Assembly: GCA_003193925.1 (NCBI GenBank)
Contig: PSPG01000006.1
Coordinates: 9,750 to 73,749, forward strand
Direction of reading: 5' to 3'
Source: Candidatus Thalassarchaeum betae
GTDB taxonomy: Archaea > Thermoplasmatota > Poseidoniia > Poseidoniales > Thalassarchaeaceae
DNA length: 64,000 bases
Position 1 is the stretch's first letter. The number at the start of each line of letters is the position of its first letter. Shown here in pieces: positions 1 to 10,495 of the stretch. The translations under genes and the position numbers were made by a program. Below the pieces are notes generated by a model. It was not told the DNA's origin and did no database searches. It saw only the letters and a list, made by a program, of their open reading frames with translations.

Positions 1-708
1 GCCCCAGTCGAGGTAGACCCCGTCGGTGTCGGTCGCGAGTATCAGAAGACCGGCGTCCAACTCGAAGGCCAGCAGGGCGCTGGCCCTGTCCTTGTCGATG
101 ACCACCTCCACTCCCTCCAGAGTCCCGTCCGGCTTGTACACGGTTGGAATCCCACCACCTCCGGCACAGATGACTGTGACGCCCTTCTCGAGAAGCCAGT
201 GTATCGGCCTCATCTCGAAGATCCTCTGAGGCTCGGGCGAGGCGACCACCCTGCGCCAGTGCTCGCCGTCCGGGGCCACGGTCCAACCCCTCTCATCTGC
301 CAGCGCCTTCGCCTCCTCTTCGCTGTAAACCGGACCGATCGGCTTGGTCGGGTTGTCGAAGGCAGGGTCCTCCGGGTCGACCTCGACCATGGTCAGTATA
401 GTCGCCAGCGACTCCTCCATCGGCAGCAGGTTGCCGAGCTCCTGCTCGATTATGTAGCCGATCATCCCCTCGGTCTGGGCCCCGAGGATGTCCAGCGGGT
501 ACTCCTCGACCTCCTTGTAGGCTGCTGACTGCAGGGAGAGCAAGCCGACCTGAGGGCCATTGCCGTGCGAGATGACCAACTGGTAGTCAGGCGCGAGCGG
601 GGCCAGTGCCTTGGCCGCTATCGCCACGTTCGCGCGCTGGTTCTCAGCCGTCATCGGCTGACCTCGTTGCAGGAGGGCGTTGCCCCCCAGCGCCACTACG
701 ACCCTCAT
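1..708 (-). CDS. arcC: Carbamate kinase (partial; C-terminus lies beyond the window start)
   Basis: Reverse translation from ATG at 708-706 gives [17 protein letters not shown]...[10 protein letters not shown]...[12 protein letters not shown], which are typical carbamate kinase/amino-acid kinase motifs. There is no stop codon before position 1. Confidence 0.85.
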   Translation of the reverse strand, partial: MRVVVALGGNALLQRGQPMTAENQRANVAIAAKALAPLAPDYQLVISHGNGPQVGLLSLQSAAYKEVEEYPLDILGAQTEGMIGYIIEQELGNLLPMEESLATILTMVEVDPEDPAFDNPTKPIGPVYSEEEAKALADERGWTVAPDGEHWRRVVASPEPQRIFEMRPIHWLLEKGVTVICAGGGGIPTVYKPDGTLEGVEVVIDKDRASALLAFELDAGLLILATDTDGVYLDWG

Positions 709-761
709 GAGGACGGCGCGGAAGCGTGAACCGATAAGAACACGCGCCCTTTGGACCGGTC

Positions 762-1910
762 ATGGTGCGTCTTGGCTTGTTGGTCAATCCCGATGCCGGA
801 TTGGGCGGAAGGTTGGGTCTGAAGGGCTCTGACGGACAGGCCGAACTGGCCCGCTCGCTGGGTGCTCAGGACCGATCCGGACCGCGTATGACCAACATGC
901 TCGTTCACTTCTCCACCTTGCACCGAGCCGGCTTCGATGACGTCGAATGGCTCACCAGCGAAGGCAGGATGGGCACGGAATGGCTCCCACAGGGAGCCAA
1001 CATCGGCACCGTGAGAACCGTTCACGCCTCTTCTGGGACCACAACCGCCTCCGACACCGCGGACGCGGTCTCAACCCTGCTGGACTCGGGGATCGGCCTG
1101 CTGGTGTACGCCGGCGGCGACGGCACCACGCGGGACATCGTCGTCGCATTCGAGTCGGCCGGCCAGCCGAAGACGCCCGTCATCGGCGTGCCGACCGGGG
1201 TCAAGATGCACTCGGGCTGCTTCGCTGCCTCGCCCAAGGCCGCCGCAGAGGTGCTCTCGGCGTGGCTCAATGACGATCTGCTGCTGGCCAGCACCGAGGT
1301 GCTTGACCTCGACGAGGAGCGCTATCGGACCGGCGAGTGGGTGGTGCAGCTCTACGCAGAGGCGATTACGCCGGCGAGTCCGCGCTGGATGCAAGGCTCG
1401 AAGCAGCGCATCGAGGCCGTCGGCGAGGACGACAGCATAGAGGGGCTGGCCGACCACATAGGGGAACTCCTGATCACCGACGAGCGTCTGATCATCTGGG
1501 GCTCTGGCGGTACCCTGCACATGATCGGTGAGATGAACGGCTACGAGCCAAGCAGGCTCGGCATAGACGCGACGATGGGCTCAGAGCAGGTCGGAACCGA
1601 TCTCGACGAGGCGGGACTGCTGGAGTTGCTCGCCTCACACTCAGGCCCTGTCACCCTGCTGCTCTCTCCTATGGGCGGGCAGGGCTTCCTGATCGGTCGG
1701 GGCAACCTGCAGCTCTCTCCCGAGGTGCTCCGCGCGGTGGGAATCGACAACATACTCGGGGTCGTGACTCCGGCCAAGCTGCTTACCGTCAGGACGCTGA
1801 GAATCGAGACCGGAGACGAGATGCTGGACGCAGAGTTCGCCTCCAAGCGCTACATGAAGGTCCTGCAGGGCTACCGGACGACCCGCGTTCTGCCGGTCAC
1901 TGTCGACTAG
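762..1910 (+). CDS. ATP-NAD kinase family protein (COG3199/AcoX-like predicted polyP/ATP NAD kinase)
   Basis: 382 aa with a GGDGT motif ([13 protein letters not shown]) and a C-terminal [14 protein letters not shown] segment typical of the NAD-kinase/diacylglycerol-kinase-like fold. Confidence 0.55.
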   Translation: MVRLGLLVNPDAGLGGRLGLKGSDGQAELARSLGAQDRSGPRMTNMLVHFSTLHRAGFDDVEWLTSEGRMGTEWLPQGANIGTVRTVHASSGTTTASDTADAVSTLLDSGIGLLVYAGGDGTTRDIVVAFESAGQPKTPVIGVPTGVKMHSGCFAASPKAAAEVLSAWLNDDLLLASTEVLDLDEERYRTGEWVVQLYAEAITPASPRWMQGSKQRIEAVGEDDSIEGLADHIGELLITDERLIIWGSGGTLHMIGEMNGYEPSRLGIDATMGSEQVGTDLDEAGLLELLASHSGPVTLLLSPMGGQGFLIGRGNLQLSPEVLRAVGIDNILGVVTPAKLLTVRTLRIETGDEMLDAEFASKRYMKVLQGYRTTRVLPVTVD

Positions 1911-3562
1911 ATTTCTTGCCCGCAAGCAGCCATGAGAAGCCCGAGGAAGGGCGGGCTGGGTCTGCCTGGACGCGACTTGAACTCAGGGTGATACTGAGTT
2001 CCGACGTAGTACGGATGCCCTTCGAGTTCCATGATTTCGCAACGCTGACCGGTCTCGTCCTTGCCCACGTACTTCAGACCGGCACTTTCGATCTGCTCGA
2101 TGAGCTCCGGATTGACCTCATAGCGGTGCCTGTGGCGCTCGTCGACGTGGTCGGCCCCGCCGTACAGTCGGCGCATCTTGCAGTCGTCGACTAGGAACGG
2201 CGTCGGCTTGGTGCCCAGACGCATCGTGCCTCCCATGTGAGTCTTGGAGATCTCCGGCATGAACACGACGGCAGGGTGAGGGGTGTCCGCGTCGAACTCG
2301 GTCGAGTTCGCTCCTTCCATGCCGAGCACGTTGCGGCAGAACTCGATGGTCGCGACTTGAAGCCCCAGACACACGCCCAGATAGGGGATGTTGTTCGTCC
2401 TCGCGTACTCCGCGGCCTTGATCTTGCCCTCTATGCCGCGGATGCCGAAGCCTCCTGGAACCAGCACACCGTCAGCGCCCCTCAGAAGCTCCCAGGCTGC
2501 GGCGTAGGCCTCGGGGTCGGTGGCGGACGTCTGGTCGTCGAGGTCCGCCGACTCTATCCAGTCGATTACCAGTTTTCGTCCAACTTCGTAGGACGAGTGC
2601 TGCAGGGCCTTGATGACGCTGAGGTAGGAATCAGAGAGCCCGGTGTACTTCCCGACCGTGGCTATGTGGACTTCCCCCTCGAGGTTGTCGACACGGTCGG
2701 CCATGGCCTTCCAGTCGTCCAGCAGAGGACGTTTGGATGGGAGTTCGAATCCGAAAAGCTCAGAGAGGACACCGCTGACGCCCTGCTCCTCCAGCATCAT
2801 CGGGACCCGATAGATGTTCGAGACGTCGTGCGCGGACACAATCGCCTCTTCGGGGACGTGGCAGAATGCAGCCAGCTTCGTTCGAGTCTCCTCCTGCAGC
2901 GGCTTGGCCGACCTGCACACGAGTATGTCCGGGATAATGCCGAGGCCGCGCAGCTCCTTGACGGTGTGTTGGGTCGGCTTGGTCTTCTGCTCGCCGACAG
3001 GACCCATGACCGGGACCAGGCTGACGTGGACGAAGCAGATGTTCTCGCGCCCGACCCTGAACTGGAACTGGCGGAGGGCTTCGACGAAGGGAGCGCTCTC
3101 GATGTCACCCACCGTGCCACCGAGCTCTATTATGCAGGCGTCAGGGACGCCGTTGTTGCCATCGCTAGGCACCTGCGCGACTTTCTCGATCCACTCCTGA
3201 ATCTCATTGGTTATGTGCGGGATGACCTGTACGGTCTTCCCGAGATAGTCGCCGCGGCGCTCGCGCTCGACGACAGCTGCGTATACCTTGCCTGTGGTGA
3301 TGTTGTTGTCCCTCATCAGAGCGATATCGAGAAACCTCTCGTAGTTACCCAGGTCCAAGTCCACTTCTCCCCCGTCGTCGAGCACGAAGACCTCCCCGTG
3401 TTCGAACGGACTCATGGTCCCGGCATCGATGTTCAGGTATGGGTCGATCTTGATCGAAGTGACGCGCAGTCCTGCGGATTTTAGCAGCACTCCGATGCTA
3501 CTCGCGGTGACCCCCTTGCCCAGTCCGGAGAGAACACCGCCCGTGACCACCACATATCGCAT
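1907..3562 (-). CDS. pyrG: CTP synthase
   Basis: [18 protein letters not shown]-terminus, and a GATase domain with the GVCLGLQ and HRHRYEVN motifs. Full-length, about 551 aa from the internal Met. There is a 4-nt overlap with the upstream gene. Confidence 0.95.
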   Translation of the reverse strand: MRYVVVTGGVLSGLGKGVTASSIGVLLKSAGLRVTSIKIDPYLNIDAGTMSPFEHGEVFVLDDGGEVDLDLGNYERFLDIALMRDNNITTGKVYAAVVERERRGDYLGKTVQVIPHITNEIQEWIEKVAQVPSDGNNGVPDACIIELGGTVGDIESAPFVEALRQFQFRVGRENICFVHVSLVPVMGPVGEQKTKPTQHTVKELRGLGIIPDILVCRSAKPLQEETRTKLAAFCHVPEEAIVSAHDVSNIYRVPMMLEEQGVSGVLSELFGFELPSKRPLLDDWKAMADRVDNLEGEVHIATVGKYTGLSDSYLSVIKALQHSSYEVGRKLVIDWIESADLDDQTSATDPEAYAAAWELLRGADGVLVPGGFGIRGIEGKIKAAEYARTNNIPYLGVCLGLQVATIEFCRNVLGMEGANSTEFDADTPHPAVVFMPEISKTHMGGTMRLGTKPTPFLVDDCKMRRLYGGADHVDERHRHRYEVNPELIEQIESAGLKYVGKDETGQRCEIMELEGHPYYVGTQYHPEFKSRPGRPSPPFLGLLMAACGQEI

Positions 3563-3670
3563 GCAATCAACGGGATTTGAAGCCGTTGAGCCTTGCATAT
3601 CAAGGTTGGCTATGCAATTCAGATGCGGTGACTACTCCATGTTCAAGTATCGTCTGAAATACCGCCTCGC

Positions 3671-4630
3671 ATGGCGGAACCACCCGGTGACAGGATTCTC
3701 GTCACCGGAGCGCTGGGCCAGATTGGCACCGACTTGGTAGAGGCGCTGAGGGCTCGACACGGGACTGATGCCGTCATCGCAACGGACGTGCGCGAGGTCC
3801 CCGAGCACCTACTCCTCGAAGACGGCCCGTTCCGCCTTCTGAGCGTGCTCGACGGTGATGGCATGGACGCTGTTGTCAGGGAGGAGCGAGTGGGCACGAT
3901 ATACCACCTCGCCGCTATACTCTCGGCCACCGGGGAGAAGGAGCCCGAGCTCTGCCAGAGGGTGAACGTAGGGGGTATCGTGTGCGTCCTTGAGACTGCT
4001 AGGAAGCGTGGCCTTCGAGTCTTCGCTCCCTCGTCGATAGCCGTCTTCGGCCCTGACTGCCCGAGCATCGCGCCTCAGGTGACTCCACTGAGCCCGACCA
4101 CCGTCTACGGCAGGACGAAAGTCACCGGGGAGGTGATGGCCGTGAACTACTGGAAGCAGTACGGTGTGGATGCCCGCGGCATCCGCTATCCCGGGTTGAT
4201 TTCATGGAAGACGCCAGCCGGTGGGGGTACGACGGACTACGCCGTCGAGATCTTCCACGCCGCTCTCGAGAAAGGTCACTACGAATGCTTCGTCAGTGCT
4301 GACACACGTCTGCCGATGATGTACATCGACGATGCGATCAGGGCCACTACGAGCCTGATGGACGCCCCGGTCGAGTCGATCGGTCCAGCCCGAGGCGGGT
4401 ACAACGTCTCAGGAGCCTCGTTCACCGCTCAGGAGCTTGCTGACTCCATCACTGAGAGGGTCGACGGCTTCACCTGCGACTTCGTTCCCGACGAGCGTCA
4501 GGCATACGCCGACTCCTGGCCTGCCGATATCGACGACTCGGTCGCACGTGAGGACTGGGGGTGGAAGGCCGAGTACGACCTCGGTCGTATGGTCGAAGAG
4601 ATGCTAGACAGACTGGGTGCTCAGTCCTGA
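3671..4630 (+). CDS. NAD-dependent epimerase/dehydratase family protein (L-threonine 3-dehydrogenase-like SDR)
   Basis: ILVTGALGQIGTDL Rossmann motif and a YGRTK catalytic YxxxK. Length and pattern resemble TDH/UDP-glucose-epimerase-like extended SDRs. Confidence 0.7.
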   Translation: MAEPPGDRILVTGALGQIGTDLVEALRARHGTDAVIATDVREVPEHLLLEDGPFRLLSVLDGDGMDAVVREERVGTIYHLAAILSATGEKEPELCQRVNVGGIVCVLETARKRGLRVFAPSSIAVFGPDCPSIAPQVTPLSPTTVYGRTKVTGEVMAVNYWKQYGVDARGIRYPGLISWKTPAGGGTTDYAVEIFHAALEKGHYECFVSADTRLPMMYIDDAIRATTSLMDAPVESIGPARGGYNVSGASFTAQELADSITERVDGFTCDFVPDERQAYADSWPADIDDSVAREDWGWKAEYDLGRMVEEMLDRLGAQS

Positions 4631-6231
4631 TCCATCTCGCTCTGCCAGTCGGGTGTCTGGGCATCCTGCTTGGCCCACAGGACGTCGTCGATTCTAAGGA
4701 TGCTGTTGGCCGCCTCGGTGGCCCCGGAGAGTGCGTGACGAACTACGAACAGCGGGTCGATGACTCCAGCCTCGTCCATCCGGGCCTTCTCTCCCGACAT
4801 CACGTCCAAGCCTATCCAAGGCCCGTTCTCAGAGTCTGCGACCTGAGCCGCCGAGAGAGTCAATATCACGTCGATCGGGTCGAGCCCCGAGTTCTCTGCG
4901 AGGGTACGCGGCACAATCTCCAGTGCGGCCGCATATGCCTCTATGGCCAGTTGCTCGCGACCGCTCTGGCTAGGTGCGAATGCTCGCAGGTGCCGAGCTA
5001 GATGAATCTGGGAGGCACCGCCACCAGGGAGTAGTTGGGAATCTCCAGAGAGCCTGTGGGCAACCCCGAGTGCGTCGTCGAAGGCGCGTTGGGCCTCTTC
5101 TCTGACCGCTGGTGAGGTGCCGCGTATCAGAACCGTCATCGCGCCGCCCTCAGAGCCATCGATTCGAGTGTGCTTGACTCCAGAGAAGGTCTGCTCCGAG
5201 CGGCTGGAGTAAGTACCTACGTCCTCCTTCTTGATCCTACGCGCGTCGCGCACCATGGTGGAGCCGGTGATGCGAGCCAGTCGCTCGAGATCCTCGCGCT
5301 CGAAGCGCCTGTATGCGGTGATGCCTGCATTGGTCAGCATCGTAATGGCCTCCTCGGCGACACCGTCGCGGACCACCAGCAGGTCGACGTCAAGGGACTT
5401 GAGAAGCTCGACCTGCTCCTGAAGCCTCTCACGTGCGCGCTCGTGGAAGCTGCGCAGCGCTCCCGTGCTGGTGACCTCTATCGAGGCCTCGAGCTCAAGT
5501 TTGGCGTTCTCGAGATCACCGTCGACTATGGCAATCCTGCCGCCGTCCGAGTTGGCCGGAGTGGCCATGTCCATCCTCGACTTCGCGAGAACCATCCCGT
5601 GCACGATCTCGGACTCTCTCGCAGTGCCGTCCCTGACCATCAGGCGCTTCACTCTGAGTCTCTCCAGGTCAGCGTCGCCCTCCTCGCCTGCCAGTGCATC
5701 GGCAGCCTCCAAGGCCAGACCCGTCAGATGGGCAGTGAGCGAAGAGTCGATCTTCCCTGCGAGGGAGGTCTCCACGACCGCGCGCCTCTCCGCTTCGCTC
5801 TGCGGCGCGCGTGCCATGTGCTCCATCTCTGCGAGTGCCTCTGCGAGTGCGATCTGGTAGCCATTCATGATGATGGAAGGATGGACTCCGGAGCGAACCA
5901 GCTCGAGCGCGTTCTGCAGCATCTCAGCGGTCAGGATGACCGTGGTCGTGGTCCCGTCACGCGCCGCCCGGTCCTGTGAGGAAGATGTGGAGATCAGGAG
6001 CCTTGCCGCGGGATGCTCGACCTTCGCGGTCTGCAGCACCGTCACGCCATCGTTGGTCACGGTGGCAGAGCCCCCTTCCTCCACTAGCATCTTGTCGAGC
6101 CCACGCGGACCCAGAGTAGAGCGGACGGCCCCAGCGAGGGCCACGGCCGCCTTGACGTTGTCAACCAGCGCCGAGCGGCCGTGCAGGCGATCGGTGTCCT
6201 CCAAGGCTGCATCATGCTCTGGTTCGACCAT
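4621..6231 (-). CDS. ths: Thermosome subunit (group II chaperonin)
   Basis: LGPRGLDKML, VTNDGVT and GDGTTT motifs. Start chosen at MVEPEHD (ATG at 6231) by alignment to thermosome N-termini; an upstream in-frame Met exists at 6345. Confidence 0.92.
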   Translation of the reverse strand: MVEPEHDAALEDTDRLHGRSALVDNVKAAVALAGAVRSTLGPRGLDKMLVEEGGSATVTNDGVTVLQTAKVEHPAARLLISTSSSQDRAARDGTTTTVILTAEMLQNALELVRSGVHPSIIMNGYQIALAEALAEMEHMARAPQSEAERRAVVETSLAGKIDSSLTAHLTGLALEAADALAGEEGDADLERLRVKRLMVRDGTARESEIVHGMVLAKSRMDMATPANSDGGRIAIVDGDLENAKLELEASIEVTSTGALRSFHERARERLQEQVELLKSLDVDLLVVRDGVAEEAITMLTNAGITAYRRFEREDLERLARITGSTMVRDARRIKKEDVGTYSSRSEQTFSGVKHTRIDGSEGGAMTVLIRGTSPAVREEAQRAFDDALGVAHRLSGDSQLLPGGGASQIHLARHLRAFAPSQSGREQLAIEAYAAALEIVPRTLAENSGLDPIDVILTLSAAQVADSENGPWIGLDVMSGEKARMDEAGVIDPLFVVRHALSGATEAANSILRIDDVLWAKQDAQTPDWQSEMDQD

Positions 6232-6369
6232 AGCGAACCGCCGAACCACAGCCTTGCTTTGAACTCGACCGTTGAACACGGCATCGCCACGCCGCGCGCG
6301 CGCGACCGTGCGGTTCATATACGACCACACTGTCCCACTATACAACCTAAGGTTGAGTAGTGGTATCTG

Positions 6370-6966
6370 ATGACTGGAAGCGGGCGTGATGAGTGGTCTG
6401 ACGACATGTTCGCAGAGATGGCTAGGATGTTCGAGCAGATGGGCATGTCAATCGACATCAAGGCACTCGAGGCGATGATGAATCAGATTCGCGAGCAGTT
6501 CGAGACGATGGGGATCGATCCGACCAAGATGTCTCACTCGCATATCAAGATAGATACGAACACCGACCCAGAGGAGTTCCGCCGGGTCATGGAGTCAATG
6601 CTCAACGACCCCGACGGGATTTCAGAGCTGCTGAAGAACATGGGGGTCAACATCCGGCTCAACGGCCCTGGAGAGGTCGAGGCCAAGGCAGAAGAGACCG
6701 AGGAGCCAAAGGTCTCGGACTTGCCCGAGGAGGATGTCTACACGGATGATGGCAGGATGTCGGTCACCATCGATATCTCGAAGTTCCTGGACATCGGGCC
6801 CGAGGACGTGGAACTGGTACTCAGCAGCGGTGGCGAGGTCCTCCAGCTGATGAGGAAGACCCAGGCGCGCCCGTTCAAGCGCCTCATACTGCCTCAGGCC
6901 GCTGGGCAGATAGTCGAGTGGGAGCTCAACAACGGCATCCTCGACATCACATTCGATTTGGTTTGA
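6370..6966 (+). CDS. Small heat-shock protein (Hsp20/alpha-crystallin family)-like with a Met-rich N-terminal region
   Basis: The C-terminal segment [16 protein letters not shown]...[17 protein letters not shown]...[27 protein letters not shown] follows the alpha-crystallin domain pattern. The N-terminus is Met/Glu-rich. Sits between the thermosome and dnaK. Confidence 0.55.
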   Translation: MTGSGRDEWSDDMFAEMARMFEQMGMSIDIKALEAMMNQIREQFETMGIDPTKMSHSHIKIDTNTDPEEFRRVMESMLNDPDGISELLKNMGVNIRLNGPGEVEAKAEETEEPKVSDLPEEDVYTDDGRMSVTIDISKFLDIGPEDVELVLSSGGEVLQLMRKTQARPFKRLILPQAAGQIVEWELNNGILDITFDLV

Positions 6967-6998
6967 GACACCGAACGAGAACACACGGAGGAAGAGGC

Positions 6999-8876
6999 AT
7001 GAGCGGACCGGTAATCGGAATCGACTTGGGAACGACGAACAGCTGTGTCGCAACGCTTGAGGGAGGTCAAGCGGTCGTGATACCGAACTCCGAGGGCTCT
7101 CGAACGACGCCGAGCGTGGTGGCCTTCGCAAAGGGCGGCGAGCGCCTAGTCGGAGTGATAGCCAAGCGTCAGGCAGTGACCAACTCAGAGCGGACCATCC
7201 TCTCAGTGAAGCGGGAGATGGGGACTGACTGGAGCAAGGAGATCGACGGCGACACGTACACACCCCAGGAGATCTCTGCCTTCATCCTACAGAAGCTCAA
7301 GTCCGACGCCGAGGACTATCTTGGCAGGGAGGTCAAGCAAGCCGTGATCACCTGTCCCGCGTACTTCACCGACGCCCAGAGGAAGGCGACCCACGACGCC
7401 GGCAGAATAGCCGGGCTCGAGGTGCTCCGAATCATCAACGAGCCTACCGCAGCCGCACTGGCGTTCGGCGTCGACAAGGAGGAGGATCAGACCATTCTGG
7501 TGTTCGACCTCGGCGGCGGCACCTTCGACGTCTCGATTCTCGAGATATACCAGGTCGACGGCCAGCCCCAGATCGAGGTCAAGGCCACCAGCGGCGACAA
7601 CCGCCTCGGTGGCGACGACTTCGACTATGTCGTGGTAGACTGGATCGTTGCCGAGTTCAAGAAGTCCTCAGGCATCGACCTCGCCAAGGACCTGCAGGCG
7701 ATGAGCCGACTTCGAGAGGCTGCCGAGAAGGCCAAGATCGAACTCTCGGGAACAAACTCCACCCAAATCAACCTACCCTACATCACGATGAGCGATGGCC
7801 AGCCGGAGCACCTCGACCTGACTCTCTCACGAGCCAAGCTCGAGGATCTGATTAGCGATCTCGTAGCCAGGACCATTGGCCCGACCCGCCAGGCAATGAA
7901 GGACTCCGGAGTCAAAAAGGGAGAAATCGACAAGGTCCTCCTCGTCGGAGGCTCCACTCGAGTCCCAGTCGTTCAGAAGGTGATCGAGGAGGAGGTCGGC
8001 AAGGCCCCCTTCAGGGGAATCAACCCAGATGAGGCCGTTGCCATCGGCGCTGCCCTGCAGGCCGGCATCATCGTCGGCGACGAGGGCGTGACCGACGTCC
8101 TCCTGCTCGATGTATCGCCCCTGACGCTCGGCATCGAGACCCTCGGTGGCGTGATGACCACCATGATCGAGCGCAACACCACGATTCCCACACGTCGCTC
8201 TGAGACCTTCTCGACAGCCGCCGACAACCAGCCGGCCGTCGAGGTCCACGTTCTCCAGGGCGAGCGCGAGTTCGCCAAGGACAACACCACACTCGGGCGC
8301 TTCCACCTGATGGGCATCCCGTCCGCACCGCGTGGTATCCCGCAGATCGAGGTCACCTTCGATATCGATGCCAACGGCATCGTCGACGTCTCTGCCAAGG
8401 ACTTAGGTACAGGGACCGAGCAGTCGGTTAAGATTGAGAGCCAGACCTCCCTCTCCGAGGACGAGATCAAGCAGAAGGTCTCCGACGCGGAGAAGTTCGC
8501 CAAGGAGGACAAACTGCGGAGGGCGGGAATCGAGCTCATCAACTCAGCCGACAGCATCGTCTACCAGACCAAGCGCATGCTCAAGGACGCTGGTGAGAAG
8601 CTCAGCGATCTCGACACGGACCCGGTCCATAGCAAGCTCGACGAGTTGAGGGGGCTCATCACCAAGGATGATGGTGAGACCACAATCGACGTCGAGGATC
8701 TCGATGAGGCCGCCGTCCAGGCCAAGATCAGCGAAGTCGAGCGGGAGATGCATGGCGTCTCGACCAAGCTGTACGAGGCAGCCGCCGCCGAGATGGCCGA
8801 ACAGCAGGCCGAGGACGGCGACAAGGACGTCGTCGACGCCGACTTCGAAGTCGTCGACGCCGACGATGACGAGTGA
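6999..8876 (+). CDS. dnaK: Molecular chaperone DnaK (Hsp70)
   Basis: [20 protein letters not shown] and [11 protein letters not shown] motifs with an acidic C-terminus. A GGAGGAAGAGG RBS lies upstream of the ATG at 6999. Confidence 0.97.
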   Translation: MSGPVIGIDLGTTNSCVATLEGGQAVVIPNSEGSRTTPSVVAFAKGGERLVGVIAKRQAVTNSERTILSVKREMGTDWSKEIDGDTYTPQEISAFILQKLKSDAEDYLGREVKQAVITCPAYFTDAQRKATHDAGRIAGLEVLRIINEPTAAALAFGVDKEEDQTILVFDLGGGTFDVSILEIYQVDGQPQIEVKATSGDNRLGGDDFDYVVVDWIVAEFKKSSGIDLAKDLQAMSRLREAAEKAKIELSGTNSTQINLPYITMSDGQPEHLDLTLSRAKLEDLISDLVARTIGPTRQAMKDSGVKKGEIDKVLLVGGSTRVPVVQKVIEEEVGKAPFRGINPDEAVAIGAALQAGIIVGDEGVTDVLLLDVSPLTLGIETLGGVMTTMIERNTTIPTRRSETFSTAADNQPAVEVHVLQGEREFAKDNTTLGRFHLMGIPSAPRGIPQIEVTFDIDANGIVDVSAKDLGTGTEQSVKIESQTSLSEDEIKQKVSDAEKFAKEDKLRRAGIELINSADSIVYQTKRMLKDAGEKLSDLDTDPVHSKLDELRGLITKDDGETTIDVEDLDEAAVQAKISEVEREMHGVSTKLYEAAAAEMAEQQAEDGDKDVVDADFEVVDADDDE

Positions 8877-10439
8877 TCAGCCTTCGGTGATCAGTCTGTG
8901 AAGCGTCCTGACGTGGACTCCCGAGACACCGAACTGGAATAGCGGGTTAGCGCCCTCAGAGCGGGCCTTCGAGCCCGGGCCCCAAGCGGTCCCGGCGATG
9001 TCAAGGTGCACCCAAGGAATCTTGTCGGCGTCCTCGTCGTAGCCGCGGTGCGGCACGAAGAACTCTAGGAACGAGGCCGCGGTGTTGGATGAGCCAGCGC
9101 CCCCGCCGATCGAGCCGTTGCGGATGTCTGCGAATGCCGAGTCGGTCATGTACTTGCGGAACTGGGCGTTCAGCGGCATTCGCCAGACCGCCTCTCCCGA
9201 TCTGCTCGCAGCCTTCCTGACCCGTTTGCCGATGTCCTCTTCGTTGGCCCACATCCCGGTGATCTGGTTGCCCAGAGCGACCACGATGGCACCGGTCAGT
9301 GTGGCTAGGTCGATGATGTACTCGGGGTCGAACTCGCCGGCCTTCCACAGCCCGTCGGCGAGGACGTTGCGGCCCTCGGCGTCAGTGCTGAACACCTCGA
9401 TCGTCTTGCCGGAGTACGTCTTGAACACGTCACCTGGTCGGTAGGCGCCTGCTCCGGGCATGTTCTCCGCGAGGCACGCCACCCCGTTCACGCGTCGCTC
9501 GTAACCGGTCGCATGCAGGGCCTCCATGAGCCCGAAGACTGTCGCGGCCCCGCACATGTCGTACTTCATGTCCCACATGCCCTTGGACGGCTTGATCGAG
9601 ATGCCGCCCGTGTCGAAGGTGATGCCCTTGCCGACGATGCAAGGTCGCTGGACGCCCTCGTCGGCATCGGGGTTGAGCGTGAATAGCACCATGCAGGGCT
9701 TCCTGTCACTGCCCTTGCCGACGTTGACGAGGCCACCCATCCCGAGTTCGCGCAGCTTGTCCCAGTCGTAGACCTCGACCACGACGTCGTCCTTGCCTTC
9801 GGCCCACTCGACCACCCTGCGTGCGTACTCCATCGGATACAGCACGTTGGCCGGCTCGTTGCCGAGGTCCCTCGCTAGGTGCACTCCCCCAACCACCGAG
9901 TGGATATGGCCAAGGCTGTCCGCGAGCACCCCCTGATGGCGCGCGCTAGCCTGGAAGTCTACGCTCCAAGGCTCGGCGATGTGCTCGTCGTCGACCTCCT
10001 GATGCTCGAGGAACTCGTAGTCACGCAGCATCATGCCCTCTGCGAAGTCGAGCATGCGCTCGCTCGACCACCCGGTGGTGAATCTTACCGTGACGCGAAG
10101 CCCCCTCTTCTTGGACAGGGCGACCACCGTCCGGGCGCCGGTGTTCCTCGCCCCTCTGTGACCCAAGTCGCCCTTCTCGCCCATGCCGACCAGCAGCACC
10201 CTGCAACCGGGGCTCCAGACGGCCATCCGCTGCCCCTTCTTGCCCTCGAAGTCATCCGAGGCTATCGCCTCCCTGACGAGCGTCCGCTGAGTCCTGTTTA
10301 GTCCTGAGAGCGAGTTGTTGGGGGCCTTCCTGACGCCCTTGAAAAGGGGCAGTACCAGTTGATTCCCTACTTCTCCGAATTCGCTGTTATTCCATTCCAT
10401 AAATGTCGCCGAACTTGCCGATTCGGTAGTGATATACAA
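8877..10439 (-). CDS. pepA: Leucyl aminopeptidase (M17 family)
   Basis: NTDAEGR-like motif (STDAEGRNVLAD), VGKGITFDTGGISIKP and a LATLTGA C-terminal catalytic domain. An alternative start at MEWNN (about 10400) is possible. Confidence 0.9.
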   Translation of the reverse strand: MYITTESASSATFMEWNNSEFGEVGNQLVLPLFKGVRKAPNNSLSGLNRTQRTLVREAIASDDFEGKKGQRMAVWSPGCRVLLVGMGEKGDLGHRGARNTGARTVVALSKKRGLRVTVRFTTGWSSERMLDFAEGMMLRDYEFLEHQEVDDEHIAEPWSVDFQASARHQGVLADSLGHIHSVVGGVHLARDLGNEPANVLYPMEYARRVVEWAEGKDDVVVEVYDWDKLRELGMGGLVNVGKGSDRKPCMVLFTLNPDADEGVQRPCIVGKGITFDTGGISIKPSKGMWDMKYDMCGAATVFGLMEALHATGYERRVNGVACLAENMPGAGAYRPGDVFKTYSGKTIEVFSTDAEGRNVLADGLWKAGEFDPEYIIDLATLTGAIVVALGNQITGMWANEEDIGKRVRKAASRSGEAVWRMPLNAQFRKYMTDSAFADIRNGSIGGGAGSSNTAASFLEFFVPHRGYDEDADKIPWVHLDIAGTAWGPGSKARSEGANPLFQFGVSGVHVRTLHRLITEG

Positions 10440-10495
10440 AGAATTGTATTGTAAAAACGACGTTTTAATAGCGTTTTGTAATTAAAATTACATGA
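10440..10495 (-). promoter_or_regulatory. AT-rich intergenic region with TATA-like boxes upstream of pepA
   Basis: A stretch of about 35% GC in a 62% GC background. The reverse complement contains TTTAATTA/TATTAAAA TATA-like elements 30-50 bp upstream of the pepA start. Confidence 0.4.

Noticed and set aside
2237-3484. 415-aa ORF on the + strand, antisense to pyrG
   Set aside because: Fully contained in and antisense to the strongly supported CTP synthase gene. Long antisense ORFs like this are expected in GC-rich DNA. Composition is low-complexity (Arg/Gly/Val-rich) with no motif.
5170-5979. 269-aa + strand ORF antisense to the thermosome gene (and similar antisense ORFs at 5465-5860 and 5867-6262)
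   Set aside because: Antisense to a well-supported thermosome CDS; a GC-rich frame artefact.
7827-8557. Minus-strand ORFs of 159-194 aa inside dnaK
   Set aside because: Antisense to dnaK; no motifs; typical high-GC shadow ORFs.
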